Below, piece after piece: positions 63,480 to 64,000 of a stretch of 64,000 nt of DNA. Source of the stretch: Eledone cirrhosa (taxonomy: Eukaryota); the NCBI GenBank assembly GCA_964016885.1, contig OZ024740.1, positions 100,378,001 through 100,442,000 on the forward strand, in the 5' to 3' direction. The position numbers and the translations under genes were made by a program. Each line of letters starts with the position of its first letter. Within the stretch, counting starts at the first letter, position 1. A model generated the notes under the pieces. That model did no database searches, had not been told where the DNA came from, and worked only from the letters and a program-made list of their open reading frames with translations.

Positions 63480-64000
63480 CACTTATATACACACACACAC
63501 TCTCCCTCTCTTACACATACCCAAGCACACCCACACCCATATACATACTACCATATGACTATTGGCGCCTGCCTAAACAGCCCCTTACATCCGGTCTCAC
63601 ACGCATGCATACGCGCAGACACTCACTTACATGCATACAAAGACACATATCGGCATTCGGGCACAACTGCACATATATACACAAACACTCTCAGACACAT
63701 ACATAGATACACACACGCACATACACGCATATCCTTATGGATAGGCATCAAGGACAGACACACTTCCAAAGACATAAACCCACATACACACATCTGTACA
63801 TATATCTACACACAAGTACATGTACCCGCATATAAACACATAGACAAACCCTGTCCTATGTGAGTGTACTTACGCACACACACACTGACAGATACACACA
63901 CCATGTATACATGTGTGTGTACATATACACACACAAATCCACACGCATGCAGACACACACACATACACATATACATATATGTACAAGCACACACATATAC
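63480..64000. repeat. Degenerate (CA)n/(CATA)n low-complexity region
   Basis: Direct reading. Confidence 0.85.

Overview
AT-rich, microsatellite-rich eukaryotic DNA made almost entirely of transposable elements. The SINE and LINE content suggests a cephalopod, octopus-like genome (inference). I found no convincing host protein-coding gene. Main elements: (1) a composite satellite at the start; (2) a decayed Rep-helicase Helitron with both termini (5699-11047) and a related non-autonomous copy (18297-19620); (3) two copies of a non-coding LTR retroelement with a tRNA-Trp-like PBS, a PPT and 4-bp TSDs (14271-16478, 51741-53858); (4) several L1/Tx1-like LINEs; (5) a cluster of R4/Dong-like RLE retrotransposons at (TAA)n tracts; (6) a Chapaev3-like transposase remnant; (7) a near full-length RTE LINE with a PHD-like finger; (8) a Tc1 element; (9) many tRNA-derived SINEs. 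The most notable signal is a set of small fold-back elements next to (TA)n tracts that carry hammerhead-ribozyme motifs. The clearest is a pair of canonical cores on opposite strands at 60421-60681. All calls were made by eye, and boundaries of degraded elements are approximate.
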